Shown here in pieces: positions 23,400-35,608 of a stretch of 64,000 nt of DNA. The stretch lies in the NCBI GenBank assembly GCA_964187785.1, contig OZ076409.1, positions 59,460,001 to 59,524,000 on the forward strand. The letters run 5' to 3'. The stretch is from Amphiscolops sp. MND2022 (taxonomy: Eukaryota). The first letter of the stretch is position 1; every line of letters begins with the position of its first letter. The notes beneath the pieces are model-generated. The model made no database searches and was not told where the DNA came from. It worked only from the letters and a program-made list of their open reading frames with translations. The position numbers were made by a program, and so were the translations under genes.

Positions 23400-25550
23400 T
23401 TGTTTAATTTTTTGTTTGTAACATTGTTCACTTCTAAATTTTGATTAGTGGCAGTTCGCACAAAACTGACTGTCCCAATCAAAGCGACTTCTTCATCATC
23501 TGCCAACACCTCAAGGGGCCTTTCTTACAGTTCTCCATACATGAATATCCACATCTTCAGCAACGACGACCATTGCTGCATCCAGATTTTCACTAGCAAA
23601 TTGTTCAAAAATGACATGGCCAAACCTTATGTTTTATATAAGTACCTGCCAGCCACTTGAACTCGAAAACAGCAAAAAACGTGCCAAGTGCCCCGGTGTG
23701 ACATCGAAAATGGGTGCCTTTCGCTACATGAGGTAACGAAACTCACGAGTATGTCGTCAGCATAAACACATCAACGGTGCCCCTTGCGTATCCTCAGCTC
23801 GTGAGCTGAACAAACGACCGCCTGATCCCACTATTCCGGACTGTATTATTATAAAAACTTTGGTCTAGTTTTTTATTTAGTCCAAATTTAGTTGGGCTAG
23901 TTCAACCGCTCATTTTTCATATGTTTCATTTCAGTGATTTTTTATGGTTTTCATGGAATTCCCTGTCTTTGGAGTCAATTTCTGAATCGGCTGTCCTGGA
24001 CCGCTTTTTTGAGCTATTTCTGCGGTGGTTCTGAGAGAAGCAAGATGCCTTTACATTATAGCAGTAAAAGACTGGACTAAGGTCAGAGAGCATCCTTTAG
24101 GACGATTCCCCCTCTACAGGACCGGTATCCTACGGAGGTAAAATGGACTGGTATGACAAAGCGGTCAGTCCCGGATATTACGTTTTTGTACCATTTCCTC
24201 CCCTCGTGTATCTACTAAGCTATCCTTGCTTGTCGTTACAAGTAGTTGAAGTGAACTCGGAAATTAGCGCTATCATACTATTTCCAACGACTACGTCGTG
24301 TAATTTAGCGCACATTTTTTGAGGTTGAAAAGCGTGAAAGAATGATTTTGTCGAAACTAAACTGGAAGCTATACGGACTCTTCCACGAGGTATAGTCGAA
24401 CCATCATACATGAAGGAACAACGGATCAACGCTCAGTACTTTGATACTCTTTTCAATGAGCCCTTTGGCAATCAGTTGCTGTTCAACAACCTGACTTATG
24501 ACAACTTCAGACCTATGCAATTCCTCAGCGGCCACAAAAGATGGAAGTTTCATCTTTTGCATAGAAGTTTGCTTCGCTTTTTTTAAATACCACATAATGT
24601 GAATGTTTCTCGTAGAGGTAGATAATTTTGCAAAAAACTTAACATTGTTGCTTTCCTGACTAAGTTTACTAAGATTGCGTCGCAAACAGCGGTTTTTGAT
24701 TGCACAATGTTTTCAAAATCAGGCTTTGTTCCGCCCCAAAAAGGTCCATCTTTCTTTCCTAATATGCAAAAAAAGACAATCCACTGAACCTTCACTATAG
24801 GTTCCTTCGGCCTATCTGAAGTAGTGTGTGTCGTGCAAGCGGTGTTTCTAGTTCTACGAACAAAGTCTACTCATCAACCAAAGGGAGATCAAACTTTCGG
24901 CTACATTGTTGGCCATAAAATCAAGCAAATGCTCATGAGAAGTAGCAACTATTTGATTAACAGTAGCAATGTTACTCCAGAAAAAGTTTCCCTAATGATC
25001 TGGTGGCAAAAACTGTTCGACTTCAGTAACAAAGCGGAGACCCATCAAATCTACTTGCAGCTCAAGCTTAGGTATAGTGGTCCTGCGAATGAGAGTGACA
25101 CAGCACTTTGCGACTCAAAAGGAAAGTGGCAATTGTGACCAAATAGAAAACAGTACATATTGAGGAGCATCAACCAAAACATGCAACTGAGCATTAGTTA
25201 TAGATGCAGCATTCAACTTTGATGCCCGAGATATTTAATTTATCAACATCTTTTTCAACAAAACCAATTGTCCGTCCATCGTTAACAGTAACATTCCAAT
25301 TCTGATTTGGCGCTAGACATTGACTTTGGTTGTTAGTTTGGCTACGCCATGACACACGCTTGGTGAATCTGCTTTAAAATCCTAATATTTCCAAAACACA
25401 TTGAAGTTTGGCTCGTCGAAGGAAACTTCTTTTGACAATTGTTGGAAAATACCTGTAATCACTTATGAGCGTAGCGAGATTCAACCCACAACGGCATAAG
25501 AACCTTGGAAGTTGACGACAGTGGGAGATGAAGTAGAATCGAAGATATGG
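23400..25550 (-). pseudogene. Highly decayed BEL/Pao pol relic (RNase H to integrase region)
   Basis: Collinear remnants QLHVLVDA, VAKCCVTLIRRTTIPKLELQ, FFWSNIATVNQI...FMANNVAE, DGPFW and FMYDGSTIPRGR, with many stops. Boundaries approximate. Confidence 0.65.
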
Positions 25551-26836
25551 CATGTGAATTGGAATACTTCAATTTCACTTTTTACTTGGTTTTTCCCCAG
25601 AAAGTACAATAACGTTTGTTCGTTTTTTGGTACTATTTTTTTAGAGACAAACATATACCTAATAAAAATTACCAGTGGAAACAATTACAGTTGTTTACTT
25701 TCCTAGTTGAAAAAATTCTCACTTCCTGCAAAATTTTGTAGATCTTTTTGTAAAGTCTTGTAGGAAAAAACTTTGTCTGTTTATATATTGCAGGTTTTTG
25801 TGAGAGTTGCTAAATCCTGCTGAAAACGATAGAAAGGATGCAATGCATGAATTAAATTTTTTCCAGAGTTGCTATGTTTGATTTGAGGAACGTTTGAGAA
25901 ATCGGTGGAGCCTATCAAACCAAAAAAGATAAGAAAGCGATACATTAGCCCATTTCCCTAAAAGGAAACAAATTTCTCAAAGTTTTTTATGAAACAACTG
26001 AGAAAAAATGAGACGTGTCTTGAACCAAAAAATGTGCATTCATTTCAGCCGGAGAGCGCACATACAGTGGCCAGACTCCTTTTTCCAATTCGAAAAGAAA
26101 GAAGGACCAGCCAGCAAAGCCTTTGACAAATTTCAGAACAGGTAATTCGCATTTTGTACATTTCAAAAATGAAACGAATAGAGAAGAACCTGAAGTGGTG
26201 TAATTCTGGGTTCTTCTTAGCGGATTTTCTAACCTAACAAATCTGCATCATAAACCTAAAAGTTTTTTTACATCTGAATGATGTTGATAGTTTAGTTGAA
26301 GGGCCATTTATTCAAGTTCTTCCGTGGAGTCATGACTTCGAACGTTAATTGGCACTGCAAGTGTTGAATATTCCACGTGCCGTTCTCATATTTTCCTGAG
26401 TATCACTTCAATAAGGTTTTAGCGCCACAGTACAGAAGTTAGTTCTGGAACATTAAATTTGTGAAGTTTTTCAGGACCCGTTGAACATACATGTGTTTAA
26501 CCATCATTAATACTTTACGCGGGCAACAAAATTATGAAGAAGCTGCGCAGAGGTTTATCAAAACTGGTGGGTTTTATAATACCGCACTATCAATTATTCA
26601 CTCCCACTGTTATAGGCAATACCTTGGGTTCGAAACTAGCTTTGTTCCCAATTTTTAAATAGAAACTCATGGCTGATAATGCAGATACTATAGTTGATGA
26701 GACCGAAATTGATGATGATGTAGAACAATGTTCAGAAACTGTCGGTCATTAATCGAACGCCGTTGCTTTTAATTTTGGAGCGATTAGACGAAAAAATAAT
26801 TTTGCAACTACATAAACAAGCCATCCCTTATTTAAA

Positions 26837-27030
26837 CCCGGGTTGACCCTCCGTGGATATCTTAGTAAAATCTTGGCAAGATCTTGGAACAATCTTGGCT
26901 AAAATCTTGCCATGGTATTCATTTTGCCATGGTAAGATCTTATCAAGAGACCCATGTTACCGAGAAAAATTTTATTGTAGAATCTTATTTGGCCAGGCAA
27001 AATCTGGAAGGAAGTCAACAAAAACCAACA
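26837..27030. mobile_element. Truncated copy of EnSpm-like family A
   Basis: Starts CCCGGGTTGACCCTCCGTGGATATC and aligns with 48676 onward; no second TIR. Confidence 0.75.
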
Positions 27031-27965
27031 AAAATCAACAAAATCAGCAAAATCTGAAAGGAAGTCAACAAACAAAACAAAACAAAGTAGAACCAATAGA
27101 CCCCAATTGCGTTAAATCCTTTTCGGGAATTTGAAACTTGAAAATTTACTTCTGCTAAAAAGCAGAAACCAAACGTAAACCGCTCCTTTAACTATTACTA
27201 AAAAAGTTGAGTAAATCCAACTAAATATAAGCTACTATAATCTGCATACAATAGACCACGTGCTTGTTGGTGGTTCGGAATTGATTTACCATCAACTTAT
27301 GACGTAACCAAGGCAGTGATTCAACGACTATGACGTAAAAAATTTTGACAAATGAGTTTGATGAAAGTCTCAATGGATTTGAGACAGATCTTTGATCAAA
27401 TGGAGTTTGAAAAAACTAGTTCAATGAAGCACGTTTGAAGACACAAAACGGATTATATCTCATGTATTTCGCCTCCAAAAGATTCCTCAATCAACAAGCA
27501 TTTGAAACTTGCTCTCTAAATCATCAGTTTTATCATTATCGTTTTCGGAAAAACTCTTTGAATTTATTCTTCGAATTCTCAAACATTCGGACTCAGCAGC
27601 ATTGTCGTCATGAAATGCCTTTGGACTCAGACCTACTGACGTTTACTTCGGAACCCTACAGCCTAATGTAGGAAATTTTGTGGGCACGGGAGCTGAAAAG
27701 ACTTTCATTTTGGACCCGGAACTTCCCCGATTTTTCACTAATCTGGAGTCATGCCAAACAAGAGTGGGGTTGACGACCAAAGGTCTTCTGACCACTCACC
27801 CACCAATCAAAGGGCAGCTACTGCAAAGACCTTTGGATCGAATCCCCCTAAGCACAAACCTTTAGGAATTTTTTCTCTCCTTTATATTGATTTCAACACT
27901 ATTGCGAAATTTTGCTGGTGGTTGGGGCAGAAAAGAACCAAAATTCTTTTATAATACCAGAAAAA

Positions 27966-28365
27966 GGCTCTTTTCTGTTCCCCCCCCACCACCAAAATTT
28001 TTGAAAATAACTTTCCTTAAAAACTTCAGACTAGCCTAATTTAAAATGAAACCTTTTTTCATAATAGGAAGTTAACTTCTATTAGAACAGTTTTCCGCTT
28101 GAACAAAACATTGTTTACTCATTTTGACTATGATTATGTTCGTATTAAGTGTTTGTTGATGACTCAAAACAGGAAGCTGTTGAAATCTTCATCAAAAATG
28201 CGTGACTACATAGGGAAAAAGTGTGAACAAAGTTTGTATCTGAATCCTAAACTATGACCCTGAGAATAAACTTGAAACTGAAGCTTTCTGGAAGTCTATT
28301 TGCTATAAGATTTTCACTAATTCTCCAAAAAAATTTGGTGGTGGGGGGGGGAACAGAAAAGAGCC
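27966..28365. mobile_element. MITE with ~35-bp TIRs and 8-bp TSD CAGAAAAA (Merlin-like termini)
   Basis: GGCTCTTTTCTGTTCCCCCCCCACCACCAAA...TTTGGTGGTGGGGGGGGAACAGAAAAGAGCC; TSD at 27958-27965 and 28366-28373. Confidence 0.8.
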
Positions 28366-28567
28366 CAGAAAAAACTTGAAATTGAATTACGACTTACGTT
28401 TGAACAAAAAATTCACACTTTTTGACTATAACTTTGATCATGATCAAATGCATTGTTTTCATGATTGAAAAGATACTGTTGTTGACTTTTCCCCATAACT
28501 AATGCTTTGCTTCGACAGAATTTCGATCGATGTTTTGGTGAAAATCCGTGATCATGATATGAAGAGT

Positions 28568-28969
28568 GGGCTCTTTTCTGTTCCCCCACCACTAAAATTT
28601 TTTGAAAGAAATTTCTTTAAAAACTTTAGGCAAGCCTAATTAAAAGTAAAACATTTTTTCATAACGGGAAGTTAACGTCTATTCGAACAGTTTTTCGCTT
28701 GAACAAAACATTGTTCACACATTTTGACTATAAATATGTTCGTATTAAGTGTTTATTGATGACTCAAAACAGGAAGCTGTTGAATTTTTCATCAAAAAAG
28801 CGTGACTGCATACGGAAAAAGAGTGAACAAAGTTTGTATTTTAATCCTAAACTGTCACACTAGAATAAATTTTTAATTGAAGCTTTCTGGTTAGTATTCA
28901 AGTCTTTTTTATATAAGATTTTCATTAATTTCCAAAAAATATATTGGTGGTAGGGGTAGCCGAAGAGTG
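28568..28969. mobile_element. Second, more decayed copy of the same MITE
   Basis: Collinear with 27966-28365; right TIR degenerate. Confidence 0.75.
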
Positions 28970-29523
28970 CGATCTTATGAAATATAGTGGGTATTCTCCG
29001 TTTTCGTGAAAGTGTCGCAAATTTGGTGACAAAGTGTCTAACATTGTTCACGGATCTTTGTCATCTATATGTGCTTAGAGATGCTAAAAATGACAATAAA
29101 TTATGAAAAACTATTTTCATAATTGTCATCAGTGTCGAGATTCTTAATGAGAACTGTGAAAACATTCTTCTCAGCATTGCAGCAGTGTTAAGCATAAAAT
29201 TGTGATTGAATTTTTCTGCCGCAGTAAAATCAATAGGCGGTTTTAAATTCTGACGCTCAAATTTTCCTAAACTTTTTATTTTCCTGTGCTGAATTCCATC
29301 GAAAACAACTGTTGTCTGAAAATTAGTGTCAGAAATATGTATTCATCAAAATCAAGATCGTCATCTCACTCGCCTGTTGAGTTTATTTCATCGAACGTTT
29401 GTGGTAACAAAATGTGAGACCAATTCGCCACAGGAAAATTGCTTCCAAAAAAGTATCAGATGAAAGTGCAACAATGTGCACTCAAATTTAATCAGCATAT
29501 GGAGAGAAAAAGTTAATCGTTAG

Positions 29524-29781
29524 AAATTTACGCCCGACTTATCAGCGCCGCGCATCTTGAAGTTGACCGGTCGCAAAGAAACATGTTTTTCTGTGTTTTT
29601 TACGTTCATGATGGCTCAAGTCGCTTCAGAATTAACAAATCAACGACAAAAAGTTACTTGCAAACACCAGAAGTCCACAGCAAAAACGGAAACCCCAAAT
29701 GGGACTGTTTCGAAGAGTTTCCAGTCAAAACGGAAAAGGATTACCTCACCATCAAAGTATTCAGAGACAAAACAAAACTAG
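29524..29781 (+). CDS. Host gene exon 3: N-terminal part of a C2 domain
   Basis: IYARLISAAHL...FFCVFYV...LQTPEVHSKNGNPKWDCFEEFPVKTEKDYLTIKVFRDKTKL; TAG acceptor, TAG|GTCCTT donor, phase 1-1. Confidence 0.75.
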   Translation, partial: KFTPDLSAPRILKLTGRKETCFSVFFTFMMAQVASELTNQRQKVTCKHQKSTAKTETPNGTVSKSFQSKRKRITSPSKYSETKQN

Positions 29782-30118
29782 GTCCTTCTTTTTTAATAAC
29801 TCAGGACGTAACGCTCAGCTTCAAACTTGATTGACAAGAGTTTCGTTTTTCTAACAATGATTTTGGTTACCTCGACTTCTTGCTATTTACAAGGCAAAAG
29901 TAAGTTCTCCTTGAGATACAATCCTTGACTGTATACTACTATTTAGTTATTGATAGCATTCAAAGCGAAGCGGTTAAAAAAGAAACATATCATTGGAAAT
30001 ATTGACGAAATTAGGTGCTTATTTTTTTCTGAACCTGTTCCAAAACCTGTATGTAAGACTTCCGGAAATTGGGGTAGACTCTCGCCCTATGAATGGCCTA
30101 GGAATAAAATGAATTTAG

Positions 30119-30378
30119 TTAGGAATGACCTAGGTCGTCTCAACATCCCGTGTTGGGATGTTCCCTTGGAAAAGGGAGAAACGTTCACTTTGCCAATTTG
30201 CCCCAAAAAGAAGAGGGGTTACTCCGGGCTGAGGGAATTGGCTGGAACCGAGATGTGTATCACCATTGAAGTGTACGTCAGCAAACATGAACCTTTCAAT
30301 TTGCCCGCTGACCCGAAAGCCCGTGAAAAATTTCTACAAGGCACTTCAGCGCTGCAACTATTGTTTAAACTTTTGAAG
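30119..30378 (+). CDS. Host gene exon 4: C-terminal part of the C2 domain
   Basis: VRNDLGRLNIPCWDVPLEKGETFTLPI...GTEMCITIEVYV completes the C2 pattern; both splice sites are weak, so boundaries are uncertain. Confidence 0.7.
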
Positions 30379-30540
30379 GTCTGAGGGTATCCTGGTTGGT
30401 GAATACATTGTACCCTCGAAAACAAACTTTTCGCTTGAAGTTCGTACTATCATGGAAGCCTAATAGAGTCACAAGACACCTCAAAGAACTCATTAATTTG
30501 TCCATAGTTTCGACCTCGGAAAACTCCAATTCCTCGGATA

Positions 30541-32447
30541 GCATTTTTTTGTCAGACCATAGAGCTCACTCTGTATGTACCACTTTTTAGTGTAGAGGTT
30601 AATCGGTTTGGTGGGAACCTAGCGAACGCGGGTTCGAATCCTTGCTTCAGCCAGCAATTTTTCGTGCTTTTAATGGTAGGCAGAAGTTCGAAAATATTGC
30701 GCTATATACGAATTTTTGAAGTTATATCCTAACTATATTGCGCTTTACTAAGGAGCCGGCGGATGTTCGGAAAATAGTGCTCACATTTGTCCGAGCACGC
30801 TAAATTGGAATTTTGACGATATATCCGGAGTAAATTGTGTTTTACTAGGGAGGAGGCGGAGTTTCAAAAATATTTCGCTCAATCAGAATTTTGACGTTAT
30901 ATCCGAAGTAAATTTCGTTTCACTAAGGAGCAGGCTGAGGTTCGAAAAAAGCCCTCCCATGTGGCCAGCACGCTGTACCCAAACTTTTGACAATACGTAA
31001 AATGCGTTCTACTAAAGAGGAGGCCCCGATTGCGCTTTATCGAAAATATTGAGCTATACAGAAAATTGCGCTATATCCGCATTTTGTTTTTTAGTCGGCT
31101 CTTCTCTTGAAAAGAGCCGACGACTATAGTCATGGCTTTTCGTCAGTGTTTTTTAAAAAAATTCGATACACCTGGAGTGACCAAAATAGTTCTACCAAAA
31201 GTCCTGCAAAATTCTAAATTGCCGCTGTTGGCCCACGGAATTGGACCAAAAAGGTTTCCTGCGTAACATACAATACCGGAGGAGACCGAAGGGTACCCCC
31301 TTTCAATTTTTTCGGCATTGCGAGACTTGTTTCTTGGAAAAAATTCCACAAAGGGTCCCCTTCAATATTTTTGGAGATTCGCGACAGAATGGATGTTAAA
31401 AATCCCAAAGGGTCACCACTTTCTATTTTTTTCGGCATTGTGAGACTTTTTCAAAACAAATTCGGGTGCTGTAGAAGAGAATACTTTGACACTTTGAAGT
31501 CCTTTTGCTCTTTTTATCCTTAGATATGGCGCCGATTTGGGCCGGTCCCGGCTGGTTTTTAAAAGACCAGCGAACTGACACAATTCTATAGGTATCTCTA
31601 TAAGTTACCTTACTACCATCTAACTGCCACTTGGCTTATGGCTGTGGTCAGCTCAAATTGCCAGGCCTGGTGATGGGGTCTGAGAAACAGAAATTCGTGA
31701 GTTCGAGTGTCGCAGTCAATTATGATTTTTTTTGCAAATGTAGAGGGGAGACCAAAGGGTCCTCATTTGGGATTTTTTTCAGCACTATGAGACTTTTTCC
31801 CAGTTTCTTACACTGACTTGCTTCCTCTGACTGAACACCCCTCTGACTGTCTCCTCATACACTGACTTGATATTTAGCAGAAACAAATAGTTTTGCGTGC
31901 ATAAAAGAGCCACGTTCAATATTTTTGGCACAATGCGACTCCAATTAAGCAAAAACCAATCAGAAAAAGACTCGAAACAATCTTTTTGGTGAATTTTGTT
32001 TCCAAATTGTGATTTTTTTGAGGTTTTCTGAAAAGTAAATCCGTTTCCGAGTGAGGGTGGTCTCATTGATTTTTTTGGTCCCGTGAAACTGATGAGAGGT
32101 TTCTCGTTTTGTAGAAAAGACCAGTGTACCCCTCTCACTTTCAAAACTGTTTTCGCTTTGAGTAAAGCGTTTTCTGAGCTTATAGTTCCGTTTGCGGCCT
32201 TATGAGACTTTTTTCGAAGGAAAACAATTTTGGGTTCCAGTAAAAACAATTTTTCAAGGAAAATAAAATGTTTTTTTTTTCTTTGTTGTTTCCAGTTAGT
32301 GAAAAAGCGGTTTTCGAGTCTTATGCGTATCCCTCGAGTTTTTTTCGAAACTGTAAAATTGAAAAAAGTTTAACAATTCTGTCGTATGCATAATTAAAAC
32401 GCTTAGTTTGTTTGAAACTTGAGCGAGGGCCGTTCCCGGCTTGTTTA
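30541..32447 (+). mobile_element. Cluster of DINE-1/Helentron-like elements (complete copy 31088-31558)
   Basis: Family termini at 31088, 31558 and 32447; tRNA-like boxes at 30588-30641 and ~31699. Confidence 0.7.
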
Positions 32448-32951
32448 TAGTTGCGAAATGAAAATTCTCTTTTTGAGAGTTTTCCCCACATTTTCTCATA
32501 AACTTTTCACTTTTTTAAAATTCTATTAACTTTGGGGACTTGGCTATAATATGATTTTTGTGTCTTAACGTTGAACACTGTCGTTTCGGTTTTTCCATCA
32601 AAACCAAATGACCATCTGTATTGCACTCATGACCAACACAATTTTGCATCTGTTATGCTATAGTTCTATGCAATTCCATACATGAAACAATATGGGTCCA
32701 TACGATTACAAGCATGAGACGGTATAAAATTATCGTAGGAAACCATATTGCTTCCATGAATTGCATTGAATGAAATCACATGATGCGTTGGTCCGGGATG
32801 CTAAAAATATGGGACCGTGGACACCGGTACTTTTCAGGGTGAGGTTTCTCATTTGACCAGAAAAACAAGCCATGGTGAGAGATACTTTTTAAACAAAAAG
32901 CGCTGACTTAAACCTGTTCAACAGTTGTTATTGCAAAAAATGAATGGCTAG

Positions 32952-33145
32952 ATGCAGAGCTGCAGTGTCCTCGAAGGTTATTTCAAAGCTATGCGCAACA
33001 TGCGAGACGTTGTTCTGCTCAATAGTAGCAGCCAAAGCTCACCTGTGGAAGAGATGATCAAAACGAGTGATGAAGGGGGAGTGGCTATTCTCACCTTCCT
33101 GCCCACTTCCAGTCCCACTGCATCCAGAACAAAAATACACATCAG
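32952..33145 (+). CDS. Host gene exon 5: linker and start of IPT/TIG domain
   Basis: ...AILTFLPTSSPTASRTKIHIR matches the IPT first-strand pattern; ends at a GC donor. 5' boundary uncertain. Confidence 0.7.
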
Positions 33146-33719
33146 GCAGGATCAATGAATAAATCATCATAACTTGCATGTGCATGCATGCACAGTTATG
33201 TTGCATACATTTTTAGTAAAAGTCATAGATGTTCCATTCAGGAGTTTTAACATTTCATTACCACAATAAACTTTCCAGAAATCAAAAATAGTTTACCGGA
33301 AAAGAAGGTGAAAATTTCTGTATAATCTGTTCGAGTAAACTTTTTAAATGTTACTGGTGGGATTCCTGGAAAGGCTTTTGTACTAACATAAAGTGTTTCG
33401 ATTGATACTAGCGAACTTGGGCTTCATTAATGGCTCCTGGCAGTCGAAAATTAATTGAAATATTTTATGCAATAGAAAAATTACCTGAAATGAGGCAAAA
33501 TCCGTTTATTACAAAACCCTTCTTACGATCTTGAAACACTCTTCAGATCAACGTGACTTTTTCCATGATTTGTTTTCAGGGAAACTCGAATTTTGAAGCA
33601 TATTATCGTAGCTTTAATTATTCAACATTTTACTCCGCAAAAACTCAAGACGTTGCCAGACTTTCAGACTAAAGCATCACAGAGTCTATTTTTTTCCTCT
33701 AAATCCTGTTGGAATCTAG

Positions 33720-33934
33720 AGGCCGGGGTCTGGGCGCTTCCAAAAACGACATCAAGAGCATCCACATCTGTGGTTTGGATGTTACGGCCACTCTGGAACA
33801 CTTGAACTCAACCAGTCTCAAAGTGACGACCAGTTTCTGGAAGGAAAGCATGGGCAAGATCATCATCACGTTCAAAGACGGAACTTTCGTCGAGTCCGCT
33901 GAGAATTTCGAGTTCATCGGAGGAGATATCAACA
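33720..33934 (+). CDS. Host gene exon 6: IPT/TIG domain resembling the Sec5/EXOC2 N-terminus
   Basis: GRGLGASKNDIKSIHICGLDVTATLEHLNSTSLKVTT...GKIIITFKDG...FEF; TAG acceptor, ACA|GTTAGT donor. Confidence 0.85.
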
Positions 33935-34534
33935 GTTAGTGCATCCCTCGCCGTCTTTTCTAACAATTCAACCCTGCAACCCATGAACCCTCCAACACGT
34001 ATCTTTCGTCATGTTCACATGTTGCGACGATTTTGAATTTGTCCGATACTTTTTGCTCTTCAGTAATATTTAAAAGTTCTAGGATTTTCTTCTTGTAAGA
34101 AATATTTCCATATGGCTAAAAACTCAAGTTTCTGCAGGATTCTTTCTTTCGATTTACTTCTCCTTCTACTCTCCTCGAACCTAAAACGGACACCTCAAAA
34201 TGCTTTGTTTCTCGAAAATTAAGTGCAAGCGACCAATGTGTGAGTAAAAATTACTATGAACCGTTTTTACTCGAAAGAGCTTCTCAATGAGAATTTTTAA
34301 AAACAAGTTGCTCAATTTCATACATTTCCTACACAGCCTTTTTGATTGTTTCTAAATACTCTTCAGAAAATTTGGTGAAAAAAAAACAATTAAAATGAAA
34401 CTGAATCAACATTCAGAATTAAACCTGAAAATAAAACTGTTAAGGTACTACATAGTTTCGTTGTATTGATATTTCTCGACTGCAGTGATATCAGGATAGC
34501 AAACCCACATTCCGAACAGTCACTAGATTACCTG

Positions 34535-34820
34535 AAATTTCGTTGTCGGAAATTTTGTCAGAAATTTCGTCGTCGGTAATTACGTTCTATAAAACGTCGC
34601 ATTTTATATAATCTATTGAGAATCGTCTATTATTTTAATCAATACGACGAAATTTCTGACGACGATATTTCTGACGACGATATTTCTGACGACGATATTT
34701 CTGACGACGATATTTCTGACGACGATATTTCTGACGACGATATTTCTGACGACGAAATTTCTGGATTTGCAAATATGACGAACTTTCTGACGACGAAATT
34801 TCTTGCGACGAAATTTCCGC
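34535..34820. repeat. Fold-back element with expanded 15-bp tandem (GACGACGATATTTCT x~8)
   Basis: Left arm GAAATTTCGTCGTC, right arm GACGACGAAATTTC; near-perfect tandem at ~34645-34762. Confidence 0.9.
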
Positions 34821-35608
34821 ATTCCCAGTCGCTATATTACAAAAACAGCTCATTCTTTGAAACTGGAAAAATCTTTCGCAGTACTGTTCGGGGTTGCAAT
34901 TTTTTGCACAATAGTCACTAAAAATGTCAAAAATTGCAAAATTAGAAGCGTTCGTCTTATTTGGTGTCAATTAAAGCACCTATTTTCTAACATATAACAT
35001 AAGTCTGCAAATATCCAAAAAATTCTAAATTTTCATGAAAATTGCACCAGAAATTTGTTTTTCCCCAATTTTTACTCGTTGCTACTTTTTTGCTTTTATC
35101 GTTTTGAAGCTTCCAACCCATGAGAACGTTCAAACGTTGTACAAAAACTGCATGACAATACATAGACTGGAAAATTCAGATTTTTCCGACATTTTTGGGA
35201 TCAAATTACAGCATATTTTGATTGAAAAACTGCATGTATTTTTCCAAAAGGAAACAAACGAAATGAGAGTTCTCGGCAGTTCAAGCCCGTGCCCATCATA
35301 AAACATATACAAATTTTTATGCGTCACTTAGTTGGCTTAGCAAATTTTCCCAAAATATGAAAGGATTTTCCGGTTGTAGTTGAAATAAGGGTAAGGCGTT
35401 ATAACCAAGTTGGGCTGGCTAGATGCATTCTTTCCAGAAGGATGAGGATTCTCCATGAGGAGAAATGCATTCTCCATGAGGATTCCATGCAATTCCATAG
35501 CATCCATATCTTGGAAGCGTATGGAACCATTTAGTATTTCGTACGGAACTATATCAACGTTATCATACATCGGTAACGAATAGCTACACCTACTGTCAAA
35601 AAGGATAT

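Noticed and set aside
27614..27865. GC-richer open frame with a 10-bp hairpin as an extra exon or ncRNA
   Set aside because: No usable donor, no recognisable motif, and not needed for phase continuity.
30585..30655. Functional tRNA gene (also 21130-21200 and 56170-56250)
   Set aside because: A/B boxes are present but acceptor and anticodon stems do not pair.
32075..32120. Hammerhead-like CTGATGAG
   Set aside because: No GAAA after a stem II; lies within a repeat.
33720..33934. Naming the host gene EXOC2/Sec5 or RAB11FIP
   Set aside because: Only single domains resemble them and the overall architecture matches neither, so no symbol was assigned.
34613..34970. ORFs with DDDIS, RNIVV or QKYRR repeats; CRISPR-like appearance
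   Set aside because: Translations of a 15-bp tandem repeat with no spacers and no cas genes.
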